Shown: positions 55,478 through 64,000 of the stretch, in pieces
How positions within the stretch are numbered: position 1 is the first letter of the stretch
Layout: every line of letters starts with the position of its first letter
Source: Candidatus Micrarchaeota archaeon
Lineage (GTDB): Archaea; Micrarchaeota; Micrarchaeia; Micrarchaeales; CABMGC01
Direction of reading: 5' to 3'
Assembly: GCA_027365175.1 (NCBI GenBank)
Contig: DAHXNY010000003.1
Location: 24,634 to 88,633, forward strand
Length of the DNA: 64,000 nucleotides
Translations under genes and position numbers: made by a program
Notes under the pieces: model-generated
What the model was told of the DNA's origin: nothing
The model's input: only the letters and a program-made list of their open reading frames with translations
The model's database searches: none

Positions 55478-56590
55478 TCATATTTGCTTGCTGGTATCCC
55501 TGAATAATATGAGTGCCAATGTGGACATTACCAGGGCGAAGAACAGGAGTATTGCCGAGGTAGATATCAGCGTCGGTACTGGCAGGAAGCCCTTGATCAT
55601 TATGTCCCTGACCGCATTTACAGCGTATGTCAACGGGTCTAGCTCCACTATCGGAAGCAGGAATTTCGGGAGCAGCGTTACAGGAACGAATGCGCCTCCT
55701 AGGAAGGATAATGGCAGGGCTATCGTCTGGCCTATAAGAGCATATGTCTGCTGGTCCCTTGCCCTTGTTGCCAGGGCTATTGCCAATGCACCGAAGCCCA
55801 GGCCTACCAGAAGAATTATCCATAGAAGTTCAATAAACCCGACAAGTCCCGCAGCTATTGTTGCCCCGTAGAGCAGCCCTATCACCAGTCCCACATAAGC
55901 TGAGAATACTGACTGGAAGGTCCCGTAAGCTATCTTGCTCAGCAGCACGGAGAGGTTGTTTATAGGAGTTGTCAGGAATGCCTTTAGATTGCCGAGCTGC
56001 CTGTCACCTATCATCGTAAATCCGGCGCTGAATATCGCTCCGAATGATGCGACCATTACCAGTATTCCTCCTACGACAAAGCTGATGTAATTGCTGCTAG
56101 CTCCGTATGCATAGTTTGTTACAACGGATATAGAGGGGGCTTGCGGTGCGGAAGCGCCTAATTGCGCAGCCGCCGAATCGACCTGTGCATTAAGCACTGC
56201 TGCGGACTGGGGCTGTGAATTGTCCAAATAGACCTGTATCTGCGAATGTGAACCGTAGCTTGTTGAGAAACCGGAAGGTATCACCACTACGCCTGCTACA
56301 GAACCGTCCGACAGCATGCTCATCGCTTCCTGCTGGTTCGTCTGCGAGGCTATGACTACTCCGCTGCCGGCCTGCAGTGCGTTTATGAATTTTAGGGCTG
56401 CAGGCCCCGAAGCATAATTTACAACTGCCACAGGGACATTCTTTGGCGAGCTGCCGAAGCTCCCGAGAAGCAGCACGAACAGGAGCGGGAATATCGTAGA
56501 CCTTACCGCGTTCATCGCTATGTTCTTCTTGAATATCAGCATCTCCCTGTAGAATAGCGTATACGAGTCGGTGATTATTCCCATTTGCAT
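55478..56590 (-). CDS. ABC-2 type exporter permease
   Basis: VPVAVVN, GGAFVP, PLTYAVNAVR. Confidence 0.9.
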   Translation of the reverse strand: MQMGIITDSYTLFYREMLIFKKNIAMNAVRSTIFPLLFVLLLGSFGSSPKNVPVAVVNYASGPAALKFINALQAGSGVVIASQTNQQEAMSMLSDGSVAGVVVIPSGFSTSYGSHSQIQVYLDNSQPQSAAVLNAQVDSAAAQLGASAPQAPSISVVTNYAYGASSNYISFVVGGILVMVASFGAIFSAGFTMIGDRQLGNLKAFLTTPINNLSVLLSKIAYGTFQSVFSAYVGLVIGLLYGATIAAGLVGFIELLWIILLVGLGFGALAIALATRARDQQTYALIGQTIALPLSFLGGAFVPVTLLPKFLLPIVELDPLTYAVNAVRDIMIKGFLPVPTLISTSAILLFFALVMSTLALILFRDTSKQI

Positions 56591-57580
56591 CTACCCTCTG
56601 CTCAAAAGCTGCCTTCCCTTGTACTCTCCGGAGGTATCCCTTGCCTCCGAACCTGTAAGCTTCAGGAAGACGTCATCTATCGTCGGTTCGTGCATGCTCA
56701 CGTTGCGCACGTTTATCTTTGCGGTAGACATTGCCGATAGCAGTGACTCTATCTTCTTTATGGCACCGCTCCCTCCCGGCGCAGTGACCTTGCTGTTTAG
56801 TATGGTCGGCTCCAGCCCGATTTTCCTGAATATGCTTGCCACTTTCTGGAGATCCTCCTTGTCTGCAGTTATCTCTATCACGTTCGTAAGGCCTATGCTC
56901 TTCCTGAGTTCGTCAGGGGTTCCGAGCGTTATGAGCTTGCCGTGGTCTATTATGCCTATCCTGTCGCAGAGCTGGTCTGCCTCCTCAAGATACTGCGTTG
57001 TCATAAGAATCGTTACTCTTTGCTTCTTGTTTATGTCCCTGAGCAGGTTCCATATCTGCGCCCTGTTCTGTATGTCAAGCCCCGTAGTGGGCTCGTCAAG
57101 CAGGATTATCTCGGGAGTGTGCATGAGGGATTTTGCCACCTCCAGCCTTCTCTTCATCCCTCCTGAGAATGTCCCCGCATATGACTTCCTGAATTGGACC
57201 AGGTCAGAGAGCTCAAGGGCGAACTCTATGCTCTTCTGCAGCTCTGACCTTGGTATGTGGTATAATTTCCCGAATATCATTAGATTTTGCTCTGCCGTCA
57301 GCTCCGGCTCCACCACGGTCTCCTGCGTCACTACGCCTATATGCGTCCTTGCCCTCACAGGATCTCCGCTCATGTCAACACCGTTTATCAAAATCCTGCC
57401 TGAGGTCGGCTGTAACAGCCCTAGCAGCATGCTTATGGTGGTGGACTTTCCCGCTCCGTTCGGTCCCAGGAGCCCGAATATCTCGCCCTTCTTTATCTTC
57501 AGGCTAACGCCATTGACGGCGGTGAAGTCTCCAAACTTCTTGACTACGTTTTCTATACTCACCGCATACTCATCTGCCAC
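56591..57580 (-). CDS. ABC exporter ATP-binding protein (DrrA-like)
   Basis: GPNGAGKST, FSGGMKRR, LDEPTTGLD. Confidence 0.93.
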   Translation of the reverse strand: MADEYAVSIENVVKKFGDFTAVNGVSLKIKKGEIFGLLGPNGAGKSTTISMLLGLLQPTSGRILINGVDMSGDPVRARTHIGVVTQETVVEPELTAEQNLMIFGKLYHIPRSELQKSIEFALELSDLVQFRKSYAGTFSGGMKRRLEVAKSLMHTPEIILLDEPTTGLDIQNRAQIWNLLRDINKKQRVTILMTTQYLEEADQLCDRIGIIDHGKLITLGTPDELRKSIGLTNVIEITADKEDLQKVASIFRKIGLEPTILNSKVTAPGGSGAIKKIESLLSAMSTAKINVRNVSMHEPTIDDVFLKLTGSEARDTSGEYKGRQLLSRG

Positions 57581-57954
57581 TAATTATCACCCATTAGCGC
57601 GGAGAACGCCTTTATCATCTCCTCGCGGATCTTCATCGCCTTCTTCAGGGCTTCCTGCCCCTTCTTTGTCGCTTTGTAGTATTTGTGCACCCTGCCTGAT
57701 TTTAGCTCGGTCTTCGATGTTATGTAACCCTGCTTCTCCAGCGCGCTTATCGCGTTGTATACGTCGCTCTTGGTTACGTCCGATAGTATGCCCTTGCTGT
57801 GCCATGCCTTGCATGTCTTCTTTATGTCGTTTGTAATAGAATAAGGATAGTCCCAGTCCTTCAGTTTTTTTAGTATGACTACCTTTAGCACGTATTTGGA
57901 GATCTCCTTGTAAGGGTTACCAGTATGCTTGTATAAACTTGCAGCGGATGACAT
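57580..57954 (-). CDS. PadR family regulator
   Basis: YPYSI...VYNAISALEKQGYI...KYYKATKKG. Confidence 0.82.
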   Translation of the reverse strand: MSSAASLYKHTGNPYKEISKYVLKVVILKKLKDWDYPYSITNDIKKTCKAWHSKGILSDVTKSDVYNAISALEKQGYITSKTELKSGRVHKYYKATKKGQEALKKAMKIREEMIKAFSALMGDN

Positions 57955-58071
57955 AGTTTAAATTTAGACTAATATATATTTAAACCTTCCCTGATCCCCT
58001 TTTGAAGTCTGCCAGTGGAGAGCATGTCCTAATAAGCATTTAAAATGCTTTGAATATATTATAATGTTCAT

Positions 58072-58977
58072 ATGAAGCCGAAAGTAAGCGTAGTCATACC
58101 CACTGTTGAAGAGGAGAGCGTCTTCAAGCTAGTCAGGCAGATACGGAGCATACTTGGGAGGAATACAGAGATAATAATAATTGATAAGTCCAGCGATGCT
58201 TATTTCAAGAGGCTCAGGGCTACAGGAGCCAGGGTCATACGGCAGAAAGGGCGCGGGGTCGAGAACGCAGTTATGATAGGGCTGCGTGAGGCCAGGGGAG
58301 AGTATATTGCAAGCATAGATGCTGACGGGACGCATGATCCCAGGGGCCTTGCTGAAGCGCTTAAGGTCGTCGAGTCAGGGGAGGCAGACTTTGTACTTGG
58401 AAACAGGATGAACGGGCTTACCAAAGGATCCATGCAGCTATACATACGCTTCGGGAATGGCATGCTGAGCTGGCTGTACAGCACCTTATACAATACGAAG
58501 ATACATGATGTGCTCACGGGCTTATTCGTGGTAAAGAGAGAGGCTTTTGAAGAGATAAGAAATGTGGAGCCTTACAGGGCTGGAATAGCCTTCTTTGCGA
58601 TAGAGCTTGCAAGGAGAGGATATACCGTCAAGGAGGTTGACATAGAGTACTACAAGCGCGCTTACGGCGAGTCCAAGCTCACGCGGTCAAAATTCGCATA
58701 CGGATTCAATGTTGCATCCCATATAGTCAGGCAGCTCAGGGACTACAGCCCATTGCTCATATTCGGGCTGGTTGGCGGCATACTCTTCATAATAGGGCTC
58801 ATACTCGGAATATTCGTGCTTGCAAGCTTCATATCCACAGGGGTATTCTCGTTCGCAGGACGGGCCCTTCTGGCATTCCTCCTTCTTGTTGTCGGCTTTG
58901 TACTTATAACGGCAGGGCTCATACTTGACCTTCTTCTTGAGATTGAGAGAAGAATGGAGCAGCGGATGGGTGGATGA
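58072..58977 (+). CDS. Glycosyltransferase family 2 (Dol-P-sugar synthase-like) with two C-terminal TMs
   Basis: VSVVIP, IDADGTH, GESK. Confidence 0.9.
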   Translation: MKPKVSVVIPTVEEESVFKLVRQIRSILGRNTEIIIIDKSSDAYFKRLRATGARVIRQKGRGVENAVMIGLREARGEYIASIDADGTHDPRGLAEALKVVESGEADFVLGNRMNGLTKGSMQLYIRFGNGMLSWLYSTLYNTKIHDVLTGLFVVKREAFEEIRNVEPYRAGIAFFAIELARRGYTVKEVDIEYYKRAYGESKLTRSKFAYGFNVASHIVRQLRDYSPLLIFGLVGGILFIIGLILGIFVLASFISTGVFSFAGRALLAFLLLVVGFVLITAGLILDLLLEIERRMEQRMGG

Positions 58978-59128
58978 ACCTTGATAATCGAAAATCCAGA
59001 GCATATGGCCGTTCTGCTAAATTGAACGGAATTGACAGCAAATAGTAACCTTAAAATAGCTTTTTGTGCATAGATAGTTTGCATTCTATTCATATAGTTG
59101 CATTTATGTACACAGTATAAGTGATGTT

Positions 59129-59650
59129 ATGAAATTAAGACCGGCAAGGTGCGTTCGAGGAATAAACAGCCAGCCGTGGGCAAGGTACTCTGTAAAGAAG
59201 CCCAGGAAGAACTACATAAAGGCGCTTCCGCACACAAGCCTTCTGGTATTCAAGATGGGCGCAGAGAAGGACACCTATGACAAGATAGTCACGCTTGAGG
59301 CTGACCAGCAGGTGCAGCTGAGGTCAAACGCTCTCGAGGCTGCAAGGCAGGTGGCAAACAAGTTCCTTGAAGGGAGCATAGCAAATGATTACAAGTTCCG
59401 CATACTGGTCTACCCTCACAACGTGATAAGGGAGAAGAAGAGGGCTATGGGAGCCGGAGCAGACCGTATCTCCCAGGGTATGACTCTCTCGTTCGGGAGC
59501 CCATCCTCAGTAGCCGCACGCGTGTATAAGAACCAGCGTGTCTTCGAGGTAAGGCTTGGAGCGGCAAACAAGGATATAGGAAGGACCGCACTCAAGAGGG
59601 CAGCTTCAAAGCTCTCAGGGACATACAGCATAAGGGTCTACGACAACTGA
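59129..59650 (+). CDS. rpl10e: 50S ribosomal protein L10e (uL16)
   Basis: LRPARC, ALEAAR, GAGADRISQGM. Confidence 0.95.
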   Translation: MKLRPARCVRGINSQPWARYSVKKPRKNYIKALPHTSLLVFKMGAEKDTYDKIVTLEADQQVQLRSNALEAARQVANKFLEGSIANDYKFRILVYPHNVIREKKRAMGAGADRISQGMTLSFGSPSSVAARVYKNQRVFEVRLGAANKDIGRTALKRAASKLSGTYSIRVYDN

Positions 59651-59772
59651 TCCCTTAACCTGAAACCCATTCGCCTGCATACGGGATTACCTGATTGGCC
59701 GGTGAATTATAATTATCCTGATTAGCCTGTGCTTTGCTTATCAGATTAATCAGTGCTGCCTTATCCGCTTAG

Positions 59773-60291
59773 TCAGTACTTCCTTGCCTCTTCTACAAAC
59801 CTGTCAGCCATCAGTACCACCCAGGCTGCAAAGTCCCCGGGCTTCTCCTTCACCCATCTGCTGAACTCTTCAATAGATACCCATCTCCAGGCCTGCACCT
59901 CATCCCCATTAGGCTTCGGTTCTCCGTTGTACCTTCCGAAGAATATGTGGTCATACTCCTGCTCTGTGAGCCCGCTCCCCACCTCTGCATGATACGGGAA
60001 GACAAACCTCTCCTCAAGCTTCGCCTTTATCCCCATCTCTTCGACAAGCCTTCGCTCGGCTGCCGATTCATTGGGCTCCCCTGGCCTCGGATGGCTGCAG
60101 CAGGTATTCGCCCATTTGGCCTTTGAGTGGTATTTTGTAGAGGCTCTCTGCTGAAGCAGCGTCTCTCCCTTGTCGTTTAACAGGAAGACGGATATGGCAC
60201 GGTGCAGCTGTCCGCCGTTGCTGTGCGCCTTCATCTTCTCTTCCGTCCCTATCTCATTGTCCTGCTTGTCTACAAGTATTACCTTCTCCAC
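59773..60291 (-). CDS. idi: Type 1 isopentenyl-diphosphate delta-isomerase
   Basis: LHRAISVFL, WANTCCSHP, RRLVEEMG, EQEYDH. Confidence 0.93.
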   Translation of the reverse strand: MEKVILVDKQDNEIGTEEKMKAHSNGGQLHRAISVFLLNDKGETLLQQRASTKYHSKAKWANTCCSHPRPGEPNESAAERRLVEEMGIKAKLEERFVFPYHAEVGSGLTEQEYDHIFFGRYNGEPKPNGDEVQAWRWVSIEEFSRWVKEKPGDFAAWVVLMADRFVEEARKY

Positions 60292-60316
60292 TGCATCACC
60301 AATAAACTTATATATT

Positions 60317-61610
60317 GTAAACTACCCACGGCTAAGGTCGTGGGCTTTCCATGAGAAGATTTGAATGTTGTACAACAACTTGGATCAAACCAACTTCATC
60401 GGACATATGTCTGAGGCCGTTTACAAGGCCTCCCATATTGGAAATCTGGAGGGGTTTTCGGTCAGGAATATCCCTCCGCTCCAACAGGCGTTTCAATGCA
60501 ACATTCCTGCTTGCATTTCTATCGGAGTTCATCACAACTCCACATTCTTTGCATCTGAACAGGGCATAATTTCTACCGTCATGTCCCTTACCAACAGCAC
60601 CGCAGTGGTTGCAGAACTTAGATGTATGCCAACTGTCAACTATGTTAAGTGTAATATTCTTGTCGAAACAGCGGGAAGCCAGTATTTCCTTGAACTTGAG
60701 AAAAGGCATCCGCATAACGATTTTATTGAATCTCCTCCCTTTGGATTTGAACCTTTTGAGTTTCTCAATGGAAATATCTGCATCGTACTTCAGAGCAAGT
60801 TCGGTTATTCCCTTGACCATCTGGCCAAGATTGGTTTCGACGAAATTGGACTCTCTTGTCCTGAGTCTGCGGAGACCGGAAAAGTTCATGGAACTTTGCA
60901 TGAGGGAACGCCTCCTCATCATGCTCTTGCGTTTCATCCATATATTCAGTCCGAAATAAGCCTGGCACAAGACCTTATTCTTATCAGAAAGGACAGTAAT
61001 GGCAATTCGTTTGGCATTGAAGTCGATCCCAAGAACATTCTTCTTTTCTGGCAGTTCAATCTCATCTTTAGAAAGATATGCAACAATCTCAAGCCGGGAC
61101 GTCAGCCCGTAGGTCTTGCATGTCCATCCGGATCTTATCAGGTTAGAATATCTCTGGAAGTTCCTGTTCTTCACAACAGGAATAGAAATAGGATTCCTGG
61201 AAAACAGGGAGAACTTCACAAACGGCATGGTCATGTCAAAGATCTTGCAGTTGCGCGGAACGTTGAATTTGAGGGTAATTCCTTTGGACCTGCCCTTGCT
61301 TCTCCAGACCGAACGTTCGATATCACAGACTATTTGCGAATTAAAAGAGGTGGTTTCTTTGCAGTTTGAATATACCTTCTTATGGAAATCCATAAACTTA
61401 AGGCAGAAATTTCTCTCATCCCAAAGACGGTTGAATTCGGAAGTTGCAGTAGAAAGAGCTGCCTTTAGTATATCTTCCTTAGAGTCAGTTGCAAATGTTT
61501 GCAATAGAACAGAGCGTTTCATACCCCTAACCATTAATATATACAGTGGTAAGATTAGTAAATGTTTACTCGAATTCCTCCCACGGTTGAAATCGTGGGT
61601 TTCCTTCGAG
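60317..61610 (-). mobile_element. tnpB-only IS200/IS605-family element (IS1341-like); boundaries approximate
   Basis: Subterminal hairpins CCCACG...CGTGGG at 60325-60344 and 61580-61599; no tnpA. Confidence 0.82.
60332..61534 (-). CDS. tnpB: RNA-guided endonuclease TnpB
   Basis: RuvC-I VLGIDFN, RuvC-II ISIEKL, Zn finger CNHC/CKEC, RuvC-III SDRNAS. Confidence 0.92.
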   Translation of the reverse strand: MVRGMKRSVLLQTFATDSKEDILKAALSTATSEFNRLWDERNFCLKFMDFHKKVYSNCKETTSFNSQIVCDIERSVWRSKGRSKGITLKFNVPRNCKIFDMTMPFVKFSLFSRNPISIPVVKNRNFQRYSNLIRSGWTCKTYGLTSRLEIVAYLSKDEIELPEKKNVLGIDFNAKRIAITVLSDKNKVLCQAYFGLNIWMKRKSMMRRRSLMQSSMNFSGLRRLRTRESNFVETNLGQMVKGITELALKYDADISIEKLKRFKSKGRRFNKIVMRMPFLKFKEILASRCFDKNITLNIVDSWHTSKFCNHCGAVGKGHDGRNYALFRCKECGVVMNSDRNASRNVALKRLLERRDIPDRKPLQISNMGGLVNGLRHMSDEVGLIQVVVQHSNLLMESPRP

Positions 61611-61618
61611 GTGAATGT

Positions 61619-62542
61619 ATGAAGATACTTCTGCAGTTTCCTGAAGGGCTAAAGGAGAAGGCCCTCGCATATGCAAAGGAGGAAGAGGCCAAAGGCAATG
61701 AGGTCTTTATCTCTGCCTCGCCTACTTTCGGTGCCTGCGACCTTGCCCTTGAAGAGGCAAAGATGATAAATGTGGATAAGCTGGTCCACTTCGGCCATGC
61801 CGAATTCCACAAGGTTGATTTCAACGTTGAATACAGGGAGTTTGAAGTGGATGCTGACCTTGGCATCCTTGATGATTCGGTAGACACTCTTAAGGATTAT
61901 AAGAGAGTGGGCTTGGTAACTACGATACAGCATATACACCAGCTCCAATATGTAAAGGAGTTCTATGAGAAGCACGGCAAGGAGGTTATTGTAGGGAAGC
62001 CTTATGGATTTGCAAAGAAGCCTGGCCAGATCCTTGGGTGTGACATAGGCAGCGCTGCAAGGATAGACAAGGAGGTAGATGCATTCGTCTACTTCGGAGG
62101 AGGTATGTTCCATCCTCTTGGAGCCCTGCTCAATACGACAAAGCCCTTCCTGGTAGTCGAGCCCTTTACAAGGAAGGTCGAGTTCATAGATAAGTACAGG
62201 GAGATATACAGGAAGAGGAGGAATGGCAAGATTGCCGTGGCATTGTCTGCGAAGAACTTCGGCATAGTTGTAAGCACAAAGAATGGGCAGCACAACATGA
62301 ACCTTGCAAAACTGCTTAAGAATAAGATAGAGTCAAATGGCCTTCATGCTGCAATACTCACTGCCAATACCATAAACTTCGAATCCCTTGACAACATGCG
62401 CGAGTTCGATGCCTTTGTCAACACGGCCTGCCCGAGGATAGCGATAGATGATATTGACAGGACGAGGAAGCCGATGCTGAGCGCAAACGAGGTAAACGAG
62501 GTCCTTGATATGCTCAGCGCACAGATGGTTTCCAAAGGATGA
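61619..62542 (+). CDS. dph2: Diphthamide biosynthesis enzyme Dph2
   Basis: LQFPEGLK, FGACD, GQILGC, TACPRI. Confidence 0.95.
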   Translation: MKILLQFPEGLKEKALAYAKEEEAKGNEVFISASPTFGACDLALEEAKMINVDKLVHFGHAEFHKVDFNVEYREFEVDADLGILDDSVDTLKDYKRVGLVTTIQHIHQLQYVKEFYEKHGKEVIVGKPYGFAKKPGQILGCDIGSAARIDKEVDAFVYFGGGMFHPLGALLNTTKPFLVVEPFTRKVEFIDKYREIYRKRRNGKIAVALSAKNFGIVVSTKNGQHNMNLAKLLKNKIESNGLHAAILTANTINFESLDNMREFDAFVNTACPRIAIDDIDRTRKPMLSANEVNEVLDMLSAQMVSKG

Positions 62543-62717
62543 CTCTTTGGGATAAAAGCAGAGTCGGCAGTGCGGAGTTGGCAGAATCCTGCCTTAACAG
62601 ACGTGCATACCCTAATACTATCGTAATGATTGATTCTTAGGATCCCTGCCGAGTAAGACTAGGGATAAAAGAAGAAGAAAAAAGGAGAAGAAAAAATAAA
62701 AGAAAATAAAGGTAACT

Positions 62718-63242
62718 TTATGTTACCTTTACTATCAGCGTTGCAACCTTTGCAGCACTTGTCGATGGTCCTGTTGGCGTTGTGCTGTAGTTTAACCATA
62801 CATATCCGCTGAACTGGCTGCCTATTGCATTTCCGCTGTTGAACTCGCTTGCAGGAATAAGTACATATACTTGCTGTATATTTCCTGCATTCAATGTGCA
62901 TGGTTTAGTACATATTGCGTTCTCCGTAATCTGCGTAGGGAAGCCTGCCGGAGATGAACCGGAAGCCTGCGGTGCCACGCCTATTATTGCGTTGTACACT
63001 GAAGAGCCGCCGTTCTGGCCGAAGCTGAAGCCTACCAGCACATTGCTTGCCCCATTAGGCAGTGCTGTCTGGTTTGTACATATATATCCCGATGATGCTA
63101 TGCATGACGGATGTAGGAATGCACTTCCGTTGAATACTCCCAGTGCATAGAGTGCTACCAGCACTATAGCTATGACGAGTATCGCCCATCCATACGTCAT
63201 GAGGTATTCCATTGCGCTTTGCAATTTGAAGTTTTTACTCAT
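62718..63242 (-). CDS. Type IV pilin-like protein
   Basis: KLQSAMEYLMTYGWAIL class III signal peptide. Confidence 0.82.
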   Translation of the reverse strand: MSKNFKLQSAMEYLMTYGWAILVIAIVLVALYALGVFNGSAFLHPSCIASSGYICTNQTALPNGASNVLVGFSFGQNGGSSVYNAIIGVAPQASGSSPAGFPTQITENAICTKPCTLNAGNIQQVYVLIPASEFNSGNAIGSQFSGYVWLNYSTTPTGPSTSAAKVATLIVKVT

Positions 63243-63357
63243 ATCCGCACCTTGTTTTTCATTCATAACTGATTAATAAAGTATTTAAACCTTACTAAAC
63301 GAGGCATTGTTTTCTGAAACTCTGCTTGATAATAAATCTTAATATATTTCGTATATA

Positions 63358-63413
63358 TGTCTTAGGAATAGTTTCTTAGGAATAGTGTCTTAGGAATAGT
63401 GTCTTAGGAATAT
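63358..63413 (+). repeat. Tandem repeat, 4 x 14 bp (TGTCTTAGGAATAG)
   Basis: Units start at 63358, 63372, 63386 and 63400, each with at most one mismatch. Confidence 0.93.
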
Positions 63414-63435
63414 GAATAGCTTGTAGTGATATGCA

Positions 63436-63702
63436 ATGCTGGATAAAATAATAAATTCGATGGCGAGGAAGGCGGCAAGATCCAGGCATGGAGATGTCTT
63501 GAATATTATCAGGACTGGATGGAACAGCTACAGCTTCGTCTTCTATATAGGTGGAGTCAGCGCCATACTCGGAAGCCTTTTCGGAATAGCAGGATGGCTG
63601 TCTGTAATAGTTACTGTGGCTTTCTTCTACTATGCAGGAAGGTTCGTCAATGAACTGCATCAGGAGAGGGAGAAGCTCAATAAGCAGAGAAAGAAGCGCT
63701 AA
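63436..63702 (+). CDS. Small two-TM hypothetical protein
   Basis: GTGAT RBS, two hydrophobic segments, basic tail. Confidence 0.65.
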   Translation: MLDKIINSMARKAARSRHGDVLNIIRTGWNSYSFVFYIGGVSAILGSLFGIAGWLSVIVTVAFFYYAGRFVNELHQEREKLNKQRKKR

Positions 63703-63726
63703 TCTTGACTCCGGCACATGCGTACT

Positions 63727-63837
63727 TCAATCATCGACCATTCCTTCGCCGCAGTCAAGCTCCGCTCCGCAGTTGTAGCACCTCCTGTGGCAAGCAGACA
63801 TATCCTGCATCTCAAAACCGCAGACCGGACATCCCAT
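63727..63837 (-). CDS. Small CPxCG zinc-finger microprotein, 36 aa, absent from ORF track
   Basis: MGCPVCGFEMQDMSACHRRCYNCGAELDCGEGMVDD. Confidence 0.7.
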   Translation of the reverse strand: MGCPVCGFEMQDMSACHRRCYNCGAELDCGEGMVDD

Positions 63838-63887
63838 ATTATGCAACTTAGTTATGACAAAAAACAAAATACCCGTATGCTGTGGTA

Positions 63888-63989
63888 AAACCATTATCCC
63901 CATGCGGACAGGAAACGGTTATCTCTATGCAGAACAGGAAACCAGTATCCCTATGCAATCAGGAAACCATTGTCGCTATGCGGAACAGG
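63888..63989 (+). repeat. Degenerate tandem repeat, 4 units alternating 25/26 bp
   Basis: Consensus about AAACCATTATCCCTATGCRGA(A)CAGG; units at 63888, 63913, 63939 and 63964. Confidence 0.85.
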
Positions 63990-64000
63990 ACTTGTAGTAG

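Noticed and set aside
60365-61369. 334-aa ORF antisense to tnpB
   Set aside because: Shadow frame with no recognisable motifs; the same applies to other long antisense ORFs such as 50706-51686, 56571-57836 and 2148-2912
63358-63989. CRISPR array from either repeat cluster
   Set aside because: Units are contiguous with no unique spacers, and there are no cas genes in the window

Overview
Archaeal chromosomal DNA, most consistent with a DPANN Micrarchaeota (ARMAN-like) genome. This is inferred from dense packing, archaeal informational genes, class III signal-peptide pilins of the QSAMEYLMTYGW type, a PDH complex and type 1 IDI. The backbone carries Hel308, SepF, two tandem FtsZ, DNA ligase, eS24/eS31/eL31/uL16, aIF5A, aIF6, Rpo7/Spt4, GluRS, KsgA, FtsY, prefoldin, Dph2, the PDH operon, SDH with fumarase/aspartase, and tRNA-Thr(TGT). 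The strongest novelty candidate is a 3.1-kb AT-rich, integrase-free island. It encodes a NeuA-type cytidylyltransferase, a HAD phosphatase and a divergent citrate-synthase-fold enzyme with intact catalytic residues. It is bracketed by a perfect 126-bp direct repeat made of the aIF5A upstream region and first codons. Other items: an intact tnpB-only IS200/IS605 element, a solo IS605-type right end in an AT-rich gap, a Fic protein with His-to-Arg at the catalytic site, a membrane-tethered HTH protein, a TPR-AAA ATPase, an SdhB fused to membrane helices, a Sulfolobales-type arginine decarboxylase, a structured intergenic RNA candidate, and two repeat arrays near the right end. All calls come from motif recognition by eye; no searches were run.
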